Source of the DNA: Longimicrobiales bacterium
Lineage (GTDB): Bacteria > Gemmatimonadota > Gemmatimonadetes > Longimicrobiales > Gaopeijiaceae
DNA: 64,000 nt
NCBI GenBank assembly: GCA_963422615.1
Contig: OY730414.1
Span: 2,216,302-2,280,301, forward strand
Reading direction: 5' to 3'
In this document: positions 27,889-37,511 of the stretch, piece by piece
How positions within the stretch are numbered: the first letter of the stretch is position 1
How the letters are laid out: each line of letters opens with the position of its first letter
Translations under genes and position numbers: made by a program
Notes under the pieces: model-generated
The model's input: only the letters and a program-made list of their open reading frames with translations
Told to the model about the DNA's origin: nothing
Databases searched by the model: none

Positions 27889-29028
27889 ATGGACGCATCT
27901 CCCTCAACCCAAGACCGCCCGAACCTCCTGGGGCTCACGCCTTCCCGGCTACGGGACGCGCTGGGCGACCATTTCCGGGTCCGGGGGCAGCCCGGGTACC
28001 GCATCCAACAGGCCGAGGCGTGGGTTTTCGCGGGGGACGCGCGGGCCGTGGGGGACATGACCAACCTACCCGTCCTGGAACGGGACGCGCTGTCCGAACG
28101 CTTTCGTTTCAACGAGCCCATCCTTGATGCAGTTTCGACTTCGTCCGACGGAACCGTCAAGCATCTCTGGCGCGTGTCCGGCGGAGAAGTCCTGGAGAGC
28201 GTCCTCATCCCTGCCCGGAATCGCCTGACCCTCTGTATTTCTTCCCAAGCCGGCTGCGCTCTGGCGTGCCGATTCTGCGCGACGGGATGGTCGGGCTTCG
28301 GCCGCCAGCTATCGGCAGCCGAGATCGTGGGCCAGTACCGGGCCTCGGCTCGTTGGGCCAGAGAGAACCGGCGGGGAGCCGTGACCCATCTCGTCTTCAT
28401 GGGAATGGGGGAGCCCTTTGCCAACCGCAGGAACGTCTTCCCCGCCCTGTCGATTCTGAACGCCGGCTACGGGATCGGGGCCCGGCGGATTACCGTCTCC
28501 ACCGTCGGAGTCGTCCCGGGCATCCTGGCCCTGGCCGAACGCAAAGAGCAGTTTCGCCTCGCCCTTTCCCTTCACGCTCCTGTCCCCGAGCTGCGGGCCG
28601 AGTTGATCCCCCTGGAAGCGCGATACCCCCTTGACCAGGTCATGGAGGCCCTGGAGGTGTTCAATCGGAAGGGAGGCCGTCGAATCACCTTCGAGTACAC
28701 GATGATCCGGGGGGTGAACGACGATCGCGCCCTCGTGCCAAGCCTTGTCGGCCTGGCAAAGCGGGTTCATGCCTTCGTGAACCTCATCCCGTTCAACCCC
28801 ATCCCCTATGTGGACTGGAAGCCGAGCCCCGACACCCGCGTGAAGGGCTTCCGGGACGCGCTGGAGGCTGCCGGCGTCCCCGCGGCCATTCGGCGCCCCA
28901 GGGGCCGAGACATCGAGGCGGCGTGCGGACAACTGCGGGCCAGCCGGTACCCGAACCTCCCGGCGCCCGGAAAGCGGCGGGCCGTCAGCGCACCCGGGTA
29001 CCGATCCGGCTCCCCCGAATCTCCCTGA
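27889..29028 (+). CDS. rlmN: Dual-specificity RNA methyltransferase RlmN
   Basis: CISSQAGCALACRFCATG, FMGMGEP, SLHA, DIEAACGQL. Confidence 0.95.
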   Translation: MDASPSTQDRPNLLGLTPSRLRDALGDHFRVRGQPGYRIQQAEAWVFAGDARAVGDMTNLPVLERDALSERFRFNEPILDAVSTSSDGTVKHLWRVSGGEVLESVLIPARNRLTLCISSQAGCALACRFCATGWSGFGRQLSAAEIVGQYRASARWARENRRGAVTHLVFMGMGEPFANRRNVFPALSILNAGYGIGARRITVSTVGVVPGILALAERKEQFRLALSLHAPVPELRAELIPLEARYPLDQVMEALEVFNRKGGRRITFEYTMIRGVNDDRALVPSLVGLAKRVHAFVNLIPFNPIPYVDWKPSPDTRVKGFRDALEAAGVPAAIRRPRGRDIEAACGQLRASRYPNLPAPGKRRAVSAPGYRSGSPESP

Positions 29029-29806
29029 TCCAGGGGAAGGGCTGGAACGAGCTCTTGTTGTAGGAGAAGTAGATCGCTACGGCCCGGCCCTCGAAGCGCC
29101 AGGGCTCCAGGAACCCCCAGTAGCGGGAGTCCAGGCTGGAATCCCGGTTGTCGCCCAGCATGAAGTAACGATCCGCCGGAATCACGATCGGTCCCCAGGT
29201 ATCCCGGGTGGGCCGATAGTCGTCCCGGGGCCCGCCCACGAGCACTTCCTGCTGCCACAACATGGCGGGATTGAAGCCCTCTGCCCTGCCTTCGGTTCGT
29301 ACCACATAGGGCTCGTCCTGGGCTTGGCCGTTGCGGTAGAGAACCTTGTCCCGCATCTCCAGCGTATCCTCGGGCATCCCGATGAGCCGCTTGACCACGG
29401 TCATGTTCTCTTCGTGGTGAGGATCGAAGACCAGGATGTCTCCGCGCCGGGGTTTCGAGTACCCGGGAATGCGAATGTCGGTAAAGGGAATTCGGGAGCC
29501 GATGGCCGCCCGGTTTACCGCCAGGAAGTCACCCACAAGAAGGGTGTTCTCCATCGAGCCGGAAGTGATCACGAAGGTCTGGATCAGAAAGAGCCGAAAA
29601 ACCCAGAAGAGGCAAAAGGCCAACAGGAGGGATCTCCCCAGCTCGGAGCGCCAGACGGGGCGCACGATGGCCCGAAGGAAGCCCGGGGTGGTTCGGGCGG
29701 CCCGCGAACGCCCGCCCCGCTTCTGCGCCGGCGACGCGTTTCCTCCCGGTCGCGCAGCCCTGTCCCCGGAAGTACCCTGGCCTTTCCCCCGTTGTCTTTC
29801 TGCCAT
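28985..29806 (-). CDS. lepB: Signal peptidase I
   Basis: TM helix then SGSMENTLLVGD, VKRLIGMP, GDNRDSSLDSRYWG; start placed at ATG 29806. Confidence 0.93.
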   Translation of the reverse strand: MAERQRGKGQGTSGDRAARPGGNASPAQKRGGRSRAARTTPGFLRAIVRPVWRSELGRSLLLAFCLFWVFRLFLIQTFVITSGSMENTLLVGDFLAVNRAAIGSRIPFTDIRIPGYSKPRRGDILVFDPHHEENMTVVKRLIGMPEDTLEMRDKVLYRNGQAQDEPYVVRTEGRAEGFNPAMLWQQEVLVGGPRDDYRPTRDTWGPIVIPADRYFMLGDNRDSSLDSRYWGFLEPWRFEGRAVAIYFSYNKSSFQPFPWIREIRGSRIGTRVR

Positions 29807-29808
29807 GT

Positions 29809-30372
29809 CTACCGCCCTTCCCCCGGCCGCTGTCGGGGCATCTGCCCAGGGCCCACACCCGTGCGATCTCCGGAGCCCTTCACTCCGGACCACCCCAATC
29901 CCCGCAACCACGCGGCCAGCCGGCTTCGGGGGTCTTCTCCGGTGCTCTCCCCAACGCTCTCCACGCCCTGCCAATCCGACCCCAAACGTACGGTAACGTC
30001 TACAAAAAGATTCGAGTCCGGCTCACTGAAAAGCCGTCGAATCCCCAGAACTTCCGCCACCGCGGCTGCCCTCTGAACGTTTCCTGCGCGGTCGATTACG
30101 ACGGAGGAGTCCAGATCCATACGACGGGCGTTTCCCATGCCGACTACATCAAACCCGCTCCTCCGAAGGAGGACGGTGGCGGCCCGGGCCATCCCGTCAA
30201 TGCCTCCGGCGTTGCGCACATCCACGGTGATTCGCTGGGAGCCAGGTGAAAGAAGCGGGTCGGTGGCCGGCGCGTCCAGGCCCGGAATCCAATGTAGGAG
30301 GGCGGACCCCGACAAGACCACGATGCCTGCGGCGATGAGAACAAAAAACGTCGTTCTGAAGAAGCCACTCAT
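29809..30372 (-). CDS. LytR C-terminal domain membrane protein
   Basis: N-terminal TM; VDVRNAGGIDGMARAAT...GFDVVGMGNA...VDVTVRLGSD. Confidence 0.8.
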   Translation of the reverse strand: MSGFFRTTFFVLIAAGIVVLSGSALLHWIPGLDAPATDPLLSPGSQRITVDVRNAGGIDGMARAATVLLRRSGFDVVGMGNARRMDLDSSVVIDRAGNVQRAAAVAEVLGIRRLFSEPDSNLFVDVTVRLGSDWQGVESVGESTGEDPRSRLAAWLRGLGWSGVKGSGDRTGVGPGQMPRQRPGEGR

Positions 30373-30410
30373 TCAAGGACCGGTGGCGGTGAATCCCGAA
30401 ACCCCTTTAC

Positions 30411-30446
30411 GGGCTACGCGGAAACATCGGGTTACGCGGAAACATC
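30411..30446. repeat. 18-bp tandem repeat (2 copies)
   Basis: gggctacgcggaaacatc followed by gggttacgcggaaacatc. Confidence 0.8.
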
Positions 30447-30597
30447 CATCTGGGACAGGAAGATAACCAATCCGGCTGGGCCCGACTTGGGGGAAGGCCC
30501 GATCCCGACACCCAACCTGGCCCCGGGGGAGGTCGGCGAACAGCGGCCCGTTGAGCACAATGGCCACCTCCCGACCGCCGTCTGTCCATCCGTTGCT

Positions 30598-30638
30598 CTT
30601 CGGTGAAAATTCGGTTACGTTCTTCGGAGATTGTTCGG
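30598..30638. promoter_or_regulatory. Candidate LexA operator: two TTCGG-N6-TTCGG direct-repeat pairs
   Basis: TTCGG at 30599/30610 and 30623/30634, about 90-130 bp upstream of lexA. Confidence 0.45.
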
Positions 30639-30726
30639 TACGGAGCGCGAGAGTCCCAATGGCTGCCGCCCGTCCAATTGGGTCCGTTCCTTAAGGAAGT
30701 CCGTCCACACTCAAGGAAGAGAGAGC

Positions 30727-31329
30727 ATGCCCCTCACAAAACGTCAGAAAGAGATTCTCGATTACCTCCGGGAGTTCATCGACGAGAATGGCTATGCGCC
30801 CAGCTTTGAGGAGATACGCACTGCCTTCGGATATTCGTCCTTGGCCACCGTTCATGAGCATCTCTCCAATCTGGAACGCAAGGGATGCATCCGGAAGGCA
30901 TACCGGGAGAGCCGCTCCATCGAATTCCCGGAAGTGCCGGAACCGACGGCGATCCTCCCCCTCTTGGGAACGGTGGCCGCCGGATCGCCGATCGAAGCCA
31001 TCGAAGACCCGGAGGCCTTGGCGGTCCCCCCCGACATGATCCGGCCCGGCAGTACTCCGTACGCCCTTCGCGTTTCCGGCCAGTCAATGATCGAAGAACA
31101 GATCCGGGACGGGGACTACATCGTCGTTGACGCCAAAGAAACCGCCTACAACGGAGAGGTGGTCGTGGCCCTGTTGGAAGACGAAACCGCAACGGTCAAG
31201 AAGTTGTACCGGGAGCCTGGGAACCGCATTCGCCTACAACCCGCTAACCCGGACATGGAGCCCATCATCGTGCCCGCCGAAGATGTGCGGGTTCAAGGGG
31301 TGGTCATCGGCTTGATTCGAAAGTATTGA
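30727..31329 (+). CDS. lexA: SOS repressor LexA
   Basis: LTKRQKEILDYL, GYAPSFEEI, cleavage site VAAG, catalytic Ser (GQSM) and Lys (TVKK), LQPANP. Confidence 0.96.
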   Translation: MPLTKRQKEILDYLREFIDENGYAPSFEEIRTAFGYSSLATVHEHLSNLERKGCIRKAYRESRSIEFPEVPEPTAILPLLGTVAAGSPIEAIEDPEALAVPPDMIRPGSTPYALRVSGQSMIEEQIRDGDYIVVDAKETAYNGEVVVALLEDETATVKKLYREPGNRIRLQPANPDMEPIIVPAEDVRVQGVVIGLIRKY

Positions 31330-31429
31330 CGGGCCGCACACCCTGAGCGGCTCATCACCCGTAGTGCCCAGAGGTTCAGGAGGTGATTCAAGATGAAGAC
31401 GATGTTCGCCGTAGGACATCTCAACCGGG

Positions 31430-31830
31430 AACGCACCAAGATCGTCATCACGGTCCGCGGTCGGACTTGCGAGGGGCCTGGGATTGAGAGGGCGAAGCGC
31501 GCCATTCGCGTACGGCAGCCCTTTCAGGGGTCGCAAGACATCCCTCCCAGGCTCGGATCCCCGTCCACGATCCACTAGTCGTATTTCGGGGAGTCGGCGC
31601 TGCCTTTCTTGAAGCGCAACGTTCCCGCCGCAGTCTTCCCCTTGGGCCTCCCGTCTGCTGCGCTGCCGCACTTCAGAGGTGAAGGACCGGTTGCCGCGCT
31701 TGGCAACCGGCACACCCCCCGCTACTGCAACGAGGGCCGCCGCCGTAGAGTACGTTGACCGTGGAGACGCGTCCGCCCCGGTGCCGCAGGTATCGACGAG
31801 CGCCGGGCCAGCTTTCGATATTCGACCCCA
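31430..31830 (-). pseudogene. trpD: Degraded anthranilate phosphoribosyltransferase relic
   Basis: LVDTCGTG, STAAALV, VPVAKRGNRSFTS then (frameshifted) KCGSA; STVNV in another frame; RTVMTIL further downstream. Confidence 0.75.
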
Positions 31831-32004
31831 TGGCGCCGGGGATTCGCCGTACGTCTGGGAACTCCCGGGGTGCTGTTCCGGTCCCGGCGTCCAGGATACG
31901 CCTGGGTAGGGTGACTGTACGCGACTTTCTGGATAGCTTTCCCTTCGGACTCCAGCGGCGCGGATAAGGAGCAAATCCGGGCAACGGATCCTTTGCCGGA
32001 ACAG

Positions 32005-32859
32005 ATGAGAGACCGAGAGACCCGCTTCAAACTGACCCTACACTACGACGGCTCTCCCTTTCACGGATGGCAGGTCCAGCCCGGAAAGCCCACGGTTCAG
32101 GGGGAACTGGAGAGGGTTGTGCGCCGTCTCACGGGAGAGCGCAGACCGGTGATGGGGGCGGGTCGCACCGATGCCGGGGTGCACGCAACAGGCCAGGTGG
32201 CCGCCGTGACCCTGCCTCCTCCCTGGACGGCCTCGGACTTGGCCCGCTCTCTCAACGCCTTGTTGCCCGGGGCCATCTGGGTCCAGGGCGCCCAGGCCGT
32301 CCCCCGCGACTTCAACCCCCGCTTCGAAGCCACCGCCCGGACGTACGAGTACCGGATCGGAACCGCCCCGGTTGCGGCCTCTCCGTTCTGGCGCCGCGGG
32401 TGCTGGCCCCTGTGCCGGGCCTTGGATCCGGAGGCCATGAAGGGCGCCACCCGCCTGCTCCGGGGCCAGCACAGCTTCCGGGCTTTTGCAAAGACCGGGC
32501 AACCCGAACGCGGTTGCGACTGCCGGGTTTCCCGCGCCCAGTGGCGGCGCTGGGAGGACCTGGGGGTGATCTTCGAGATCTCGGCGAACCGTTTCCTGCA
32601 CCGAACGGTACGATACTTGGTCGGAACCCTGGTCGACATCGGGATGGGACGCCGGAACCAAGAAGACATGGCGCGTCTGCTCCAGAAGGACCCGGCACTG
32701 GTCACGTCGCCGCCGGCCCCGGCCCGGGGGCTGTTTTTGGTCCGGGTGGCGTACCCGGGGCGGGCGGGCCACAAGGGGATCCGGGAGAACCCCGTAGGGG
32801 TAGGGATGGATCTGGGTTCATCGGACGGGTCGGACGGAAAGGAGAGAGGCGAACCGTGA
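32005..32859 (+). CDS. truA: tRNA pseudouridine(38-40) synthase TruA
   Basis: YDGSPFHGWQ, GAGRTDAGVHATGQ, NRFL, APARGLFL. Confidence 0.95.
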   Translation: MRDRETRFKLTLHYDGSPFHGWQVQPGKPTVQGELERVVRRLTGERRPVMGAGRTDAGVHATGQVAAVTLPPPWTASDLARSLNALLPGAIWVQGAQAVPRDFNPRFEATARTYEYRIGTAPVAASPFWRRGCWPLCRALDPEAMKGATRLLRGQHSFRAFAKTGQPERGCDCRVSRAQWRRWEDLGVIFEISANRFLHRTVRYLVGTLVDIGMGRRNQEDMARLLQKDPALVTSPPAPARGLFLVRVAYPGRAGHKGIRENPVGVGMDLGSSDGSDGKERGEP

Positions 32860-34448
32860 ACGGAAAGGCGGAGCGGGTCCCTGCCGGCCGGGGTTCTACG
32901 GCCACGCGTACGACCCTGGTGACACAGGCGGGGCGGACAACACCCGCGCCGCGGGCCACCCTGGCAACCCTGATGGTACTGGCAGTCGGGTGCGGACCGG
33001 ATGGGGGTACAGAACGCTTCGCCGCAGAGGAGGCCCTTCCAACCAGCGCCGCTGGCCCGTACCCGGTGAGCCAACCGGCGCAAGAACGTTGGCCGGCGCA
33101 GGCGGGCCCTTCCGGAGCCGGGGGCTCGGATCCACCGGACTTCCGGAATCCTCACGCCAACCACACCTCCCCCCAGGTGTCCCAGAGTCGGACCACCGCA
33201 ATCGTCCGGGCCGCCCGGACGGTGGCGCCCGCGGTGGTGACCATCTCCGTGCTGCGCCGGGAGCGGGTCGGACGGCGCAGTTTCTTCGACGACTACTTTC
33301 TGCCCTTCCGGGAGACTCGGGGGCTCGGCTCGGGCTTCATCGTGGACCCCCAAGGCACCGTGCTCACGAACCATCACGTCGTCCAGGGCGCGGAAGAGAT
33401 CCTGGTCACCCTGCCCGACGGCCGGGACTTCGACGCCCGCGCCATCGGGTCCGACCCCGTCACCGATGTGGCTGTCCTCGCCCTGGATGGGGTCGACGGC
33501 CTTCCGACCGCCCCCGTGGGAACCGCCTCCGACCTGCTGATCGGGGAGTGGACGGTCGCGATCGGCAACCCCTTCGGGCGACTGATCTCCAACCCGGAAC
33601 CGTCGGTCACCGCCGGCGTCGTAAGCGCCCTGGGTCGCCACATCATCCCGGGCGGGGACGACGAAGGCTTCTATCTGGGGATGATTCAGACCGATGCCTC
33701 CATCAATCCGGGCAACTCGGGCGGTCCCCTGGTCAACGCCCTGGGCGAAGTGATCGGGGTCAACACGTCCATCCTTTCCCGCTCGGGGGGAAGCGAGGGA
33801 CTGGGCTTCGCCATCCCCATCGATCGGGCCCTACAGGTGGCCCGGGATCTGGCGGCCCACGGCGAAGTCCGCCGGGCTTGGCTGGGCCTGGAGGTGGACG
33901 CCGTGGAGGCAGACGGCTTCGGTCGGTCTCGGGGCGTGCGGGTCGCCCGGGTCACGCCGGGGTCCCCCGCCGCTGCGGCAGGGATTCGCGCCGGTTCGCG
34001 TCTGCTGCAAGCCGGACCGGTTCGGATGGCCACCCCCCTGGACTACGCCGCGGTCCTCCTCGATCTGAGGGCCGGCGACGGAATTCGCCTGACCCTGGAA
34101 GGGGCGGAGTCCGTTTTTCTCGAAGCCGCACCCCTCCCTTCCGCCACGGCCAGTCGGGTCGAGATCCTGCGGGACTTGGAGGTCGTGACCGTCACCCCGG
34201 GGATCCAGGCGGAGCGGAGGCTCGCCTCATCCCGAGGCGCCCTGGTCGTACAAATTTCGGATGCCCTTTCCAGCGTGACCGGACTCTCCCCTGGCGACGT
34301 GCTCCTGGCGATCAACAACCGGCGGCTTCGCACAGCCCGGGAAGCGGCCGACGAACTCCGGCGGACGCAACGGAGCGGGCGTCCCTTCGTCCTCCTCTTC
34401 GAGCGCAACGGACGCGTGGTTCGAACCGGATTGCTGGAATGGGCATAG
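32856..34448 (+). CDS. HtrA/DegP-family serine protease with PDZ domains (probable lipoprotein)
   Basis: LAVGC; GLGSGFIV, TNHHVV, DVAVL, QTDASINPGNSGGPL; C-terminal PDZ-like regions. Confidence 0.92.
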   Translation: MNGKAERVPAGRGSTATRTTLVTQAGRTTPAPRATLATLMVLAVGCGPDGGTERFAAEEALPTSAAGPYPVSQPAQERWPAQAGPSGAGGSDPPDFRNPHANHTSPQVSQSRTTAIVRAARTVAPAVVTISVLRRERVGRRSFFDDYFLPFRETRGLGSGFIVDPQGTVLTNHHVVQGAEEILVTLPDGRDFDARAIGSDPVTDVAVLALDGVDGLPTAPVGTASDLLIGEWTVAIGNPFGRLISNPEPSVTAGVVSALGRHIIPGGDDEGFYLGMIQTDASINPGNSGGPLVNALGEVIGVNTSILSRSGGSEGLGFAIPIDRALQVARDLAAHGEVRRAWLGLEVDAVEADGFGRSRGVRVARVTPGSPAAAAGIRAGSRLLQAGPVRMATPLDYAAVLLDLRAGDGIRLTLEGAESVFLEAAPLPSATASRVEILRDLEVVTVTPGIQAERRLASSRGALVVQISDALSSVTGLSPGDVLLAINNRRLRTAREAADELRRTQRSGRPFVLLFERNGRVVRTGLLEWA

Positions 34449-35896
34449 AGAACGATCGCTCCCCGGACCGTTACGGACATCCCCTGTCTGCCCGGTATAC
34501 CTCCCGAGCGATGGAGCGCATCTTCGCCCCGGCCTTCCGCTTCGGGACCTGGCGACGCCTCTGGCTCGCTCTGGCGGAATCCCAGAGGGAGGTTGGGTTG
34601 CCCATCCCCGAGGCCGCCATACGGGACATGCGGAATCACCTGGACGACATCGACCTGGAGAAAGCGGCCCGGTACGAGGAACGCTTCCGCCACGACGTCA
34701 TGGCCCACGTCCACCTCTTCGCCGACGCGGCTCCGGCGGCCCGGTCCATCCTCCACCTGGGCGCCACCAGCGCCTTCGTGGGGGACAACACCGACCTGAT
34801 CCAGCACCGGGAGGCCCTGACCCTGGTCCGGTCCCGGGTGGTGTCCGTGATTCGGGCCCTCGCGCGCTTCGCAGCGGAGCAGCGCAACCGAGCGACGCTG
34901 GCGTATACCCACTTTCAGCCGGCCCAACCCACAACCGTCGGCAAGCGGGCCACCCTTTGGATTCAGGACCTTCTGTTGGATGTGGAGGAAATCGAGCACC
35001 GGCTTCGTTCCCTGAAGCTGAGGGGGGTCCGGGGCACGACGGGGACCCAGGCTTCCTTCCTCCAGCTTCTCGACGGCGACCACAGGAAGGTGGAACAGCT
35101 CGAGCGGGCCGTGTGCCACCGCCTGGGCTTCGAAGCGACCTATCCGGTGACCGGCCAGACCTATCCCCGCAAAGTGGACCACGCCTTTCTCTCCTGTCTG
35201 GCAGGGGTGGCCGCCTCGACATCCAAGATGGCCCATGACATCCGCCTTCTGGCCCACCTCCGGGAGCTGGAGGAGCCCTTCGAAGCGGAGCAGATCGGTT
35301 CGTCGGCCATGCCGTACAAGCGCAATCCCATGCGCTCCGAGCGAATCTGCGCTCTTGCGCGCCACGTGATCGCGCTGGTCTTGGATCCCGCGCATACGGC
35401 GGCAACCCAGTGGATGGAGCGGACCCTGGACGATTCCGCCAACAAGCGCTTGGCCGTCCCCGACGCGTACATGGCCACCGACGCGGCGCTCGTGCTCGCG
35501 GAAAACGTCGCCGCGGGCCTTCGGGTCAACCCCTCCGTGGTCGCCGCAAACCTGACCGTCCACCTTCCCTTCATGGCCATGGAGTCGGTTCTCATGGAGG
35601 CGGTCGCCGCCGGAGGGAACCGTCAGGAGCTCCACGAGAGGATTCGGCGCCACGCCCTGGCCGCCGCCCGGGGGATGACGAAAGGAGAGGACGGGGCCCT
35701 CTTCGCCCGCATCGCCGGGGACGGGGCCTTCGGTATGACGGAAGAACAGCTGGAGGAGCAGGCCCGGCCCGAGGCCCTGGTGGGCAGGGCACCGGAACAG
35801 GTGGACGACTTCCTCGCCCAACACGTGGCCCCCGTCATTGAGCGGTACGGTGCCCGGGAAGACGCGCGCCCGGAACCCGGCCAGGTGAGGGTCTGA
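34439..35896 (+). CDS. purB: Adenylosuccinate lyase
   Basis: HDVMAH, HLGATS, THFQPAQPTT, GSSAMPYKRNP. Confidence 0.96.
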   Translation: MGIENDRSPDRYGHPLSARYTSRAMERIFAPAFRFGTWRRLWLALAESQREVGLPIPEAAIRDMRNHLDDIDLEKAARYEERFRHDVMAHVHLFADAAPAARSILHLGATSAFVGDNTDLIQHREALTLVRSRVVSVIRALARFAAEQRNRATLAYTHFQPAQPTTVGKRATLWIQDLLLDVEEIEHRLRSLKLRGVRGTTGTQASFLQLLDGDHRKVEQLERAVCHRLGFEATYPVTGQTYPRKVDHAFLSCLAGVAASTSKMAHDIRLLAHLRELEEPFEAEQIGSSAMPYKRNPMRSERICALARHVIALVLDPAHTAATQWMERTLDDSANKRLAVPDAYMATDAALVLAENVAAGLRVNPSVVAANLTVHLPFMAMESVLMEAVAAGGNRQELHERIRRHALAAARGMTKGEDGALFARIAGDGAFGMTEEQLEEQARPEALVGRAPEQVDDFLAQHVAPVIERYGAREDARPEPGQVRV

Positions 35897-35901
35897 CCCG
35901 A

Positions 35902-36828
35902 ATGGCCCTTCTGCGGAGCGAACTCCCCCTTCCTCTCCTCTACCGGGGCAAGGTCCGGGACGTGTATGAAGTCCCCGGAGACCGACTGCTTCTGGTTGCC
36001 AGTGACCGGGTGAGCGCTTTCGACATCGGCCTGGAGGAGCCCGTGCCCGGCAAGGGCAGGCTCCTGACCCAGATGACCGCCTGGTGGATGAGCACCCACT
36101 TTCCGGACGTTCCCCACCACCTCCTTTCGGTCCGCTCCGAAGACATCCTGAGGGCCGTCCCGGCCCTGGCCGGGTGCCGGGACCCGTGGGAAGGTCGGAC
36201 GACCCTCGCGCGGAGGACGCGGCCGTTGCCCGTGGAGTGCGTCGTTCGGGGGTATCTGTCCGGGTCGGCCTGGAAGGAGTATCGTGAATCAGGGACCCTG
36301 GCGGGCGAGCCCCTGCCGATTGGACTTCGGGAAAACGGCGCCCTCGCCCTTCCCATTTTTTCGCCGGCAACAAAGGCCCGGGAAGGCAAAGACGAGAACA
36401 TCACCCTGGACCACGCGAGGCGTCTCCTGGGAAGGGAACGGGCACACCGGTTGCAGAAGCTTTCTCTGGACATCTACGCGCGGGCCCGCGCCGTCGCCGC
36501 CGTTGCCGGAATCATTCTGGCCGACACCAAGTTCGAGTTCGGAACCACCGAGGACGGCACCCTACTCCTGATTGACGAAGTGCTGACCCCCGACTCCTCC
36601 CGCTTCTGGCCTCAGGAGTCCTACTCGGCAGGAAGCGCGCGGCTGTCTTTCGACAAGCAGCTCCTCCGGGACTACCTGGACGGCATCGTCGGCTGGAACC
36701 GGTGTTCCCCCCCTCCCCCCTTGCCCGCATCGGTGACCTCCGCCACCTCCCGGGGATACCGGGAGGCGTTCCGCCGGCTCACGGGGTCGGCCGTAGAAGA
36801 CTTCAAGCCACCGGACTTCGGAACATGA
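35902..36828 (+). CDS. purC: SAICAR synthase
   Basis: GKVRDVY, SDRVSAFD, ECVVRGYLSGS, ADTKFEFG, TPDSSRFW. Confidence 0.96.
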   Translation: MALLRSELPLPLLYRGKVRDVYEVPGDRLLLVASDRVSAFDIGLEEPVPGKGRLLTQMTAWWMSTHFPDVPHHLLSVRSEDILRAVPALAGCRDPWEGRTTLARRTRPLPVECVVRGYLSGSAWKEYRESGTLAGEPLPIGLRENGALALPIFSPATKAREGKDENITLDHARRLLGRERAHRLQKLSLDIYARARAVAAVAGIILADTKFEFGTTEDGTLLLIDEVLTPDSSRFWPQESYSAGSARLSFDKQLLRDYLDGIVGWNRCSPPPPLPASVTSATSRGYREAFRRLTGSAVEDFKPPDFGT

Positions 36829-37511
36829 GGATCCCCCTGGCAAGGGAAGCCGGACCCTTCCTGGTGCCATGCCTTCTGGCGGTGGGCGGGAGCCTCTTCT
36901 GGGCCGGGAGCGGCGGATGGGGCCTGCGCTGGGGGGTGCCGGCGGGGCTGGCAGGGCTCACCCTGTTCGTGGCGTACTTCTTCCGGGACCCCGATCGCCG
37001 GACGCCTTCGGACGAGAACCTTGTCGTCTCTCCAGCCGACGGAAGGATCGTGGGTGTGGGCGCCGCGGAAGGCGAAGCGTTCATGGGGGGCACGGCGATT
37101 CGCGTGTCCATTTTCCTGAGCGTCTTCAACGTGCACGTGCAGCGGGCGCCCTTCGCAGGGAGAACGAGCCACTACGACTACCGCCCGGGGGGGTATGCTC
37201 CGGCATGGCGGGACGCGGCCAGCCGGGAGAACGAACGGGCGTCCCTGGGCATCGCTACGGCGTCGGGACCCATCCTGGTGCGGCAGATCGCCGGCTGGGT
37301 GGCGCGGCGAATCGCCACCTACCCCCGGGAGGGCGACACCCTCGCTCGGGGAGAGCGGATCGGCTTGATCCGCTTCGGTTCGCGAGTCGACCTGTTCCTC
37401 CCCGCCGACTGGCCGGTCACCGTTCGGCCCGGCGATTTCGTTCGGGGGGGAGAGACCGAGGTGGCCCGTGCCCCGCTGGTGAAGCCGTCCGAAGAAGGAG
37501 ATTCGCCGTGA
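36825..37511 (+). CDS. psd: Phosphatidylserine decarboxylase (short type)
   Basis: FFRDPDR, SPADG, IFLSVFNVHV, cleavage motif IRFGSRVD. Confidence 0.93.
   Translation: MRIPLAREAGPFLVPCLLAVGGSLFWAGSGGWGLRWGVPAGLAGLTLFVAYFFRDPDRRTPSDENLVVSPADGRIVGVGAAEGEAFMGGTAIRVSIFLSVFNVHVQRAPFAGRTSHYDYRPGGYAPAWRDAASRENERASLGIATASGPILVRQIAGWVARRIATYPREGDTLARGERIGLIRFGSRVDLFLPADWPVTVRPGDFVRGGETEVARAPLVKPSEEGDSP

Noticed and set aside
27889..29028. Cfr-type resistance methyltransferase
   Set aside because: Housekeeping context and motifs fit ordinary RlmN; no mobile features nearby
31234..31974. 246-aa ORF as an intact gene
   Set aside because: Only a short TrpD-like segment is meaningful; the rest is frameshifted, and the ORF overlaps the lexA 3' end
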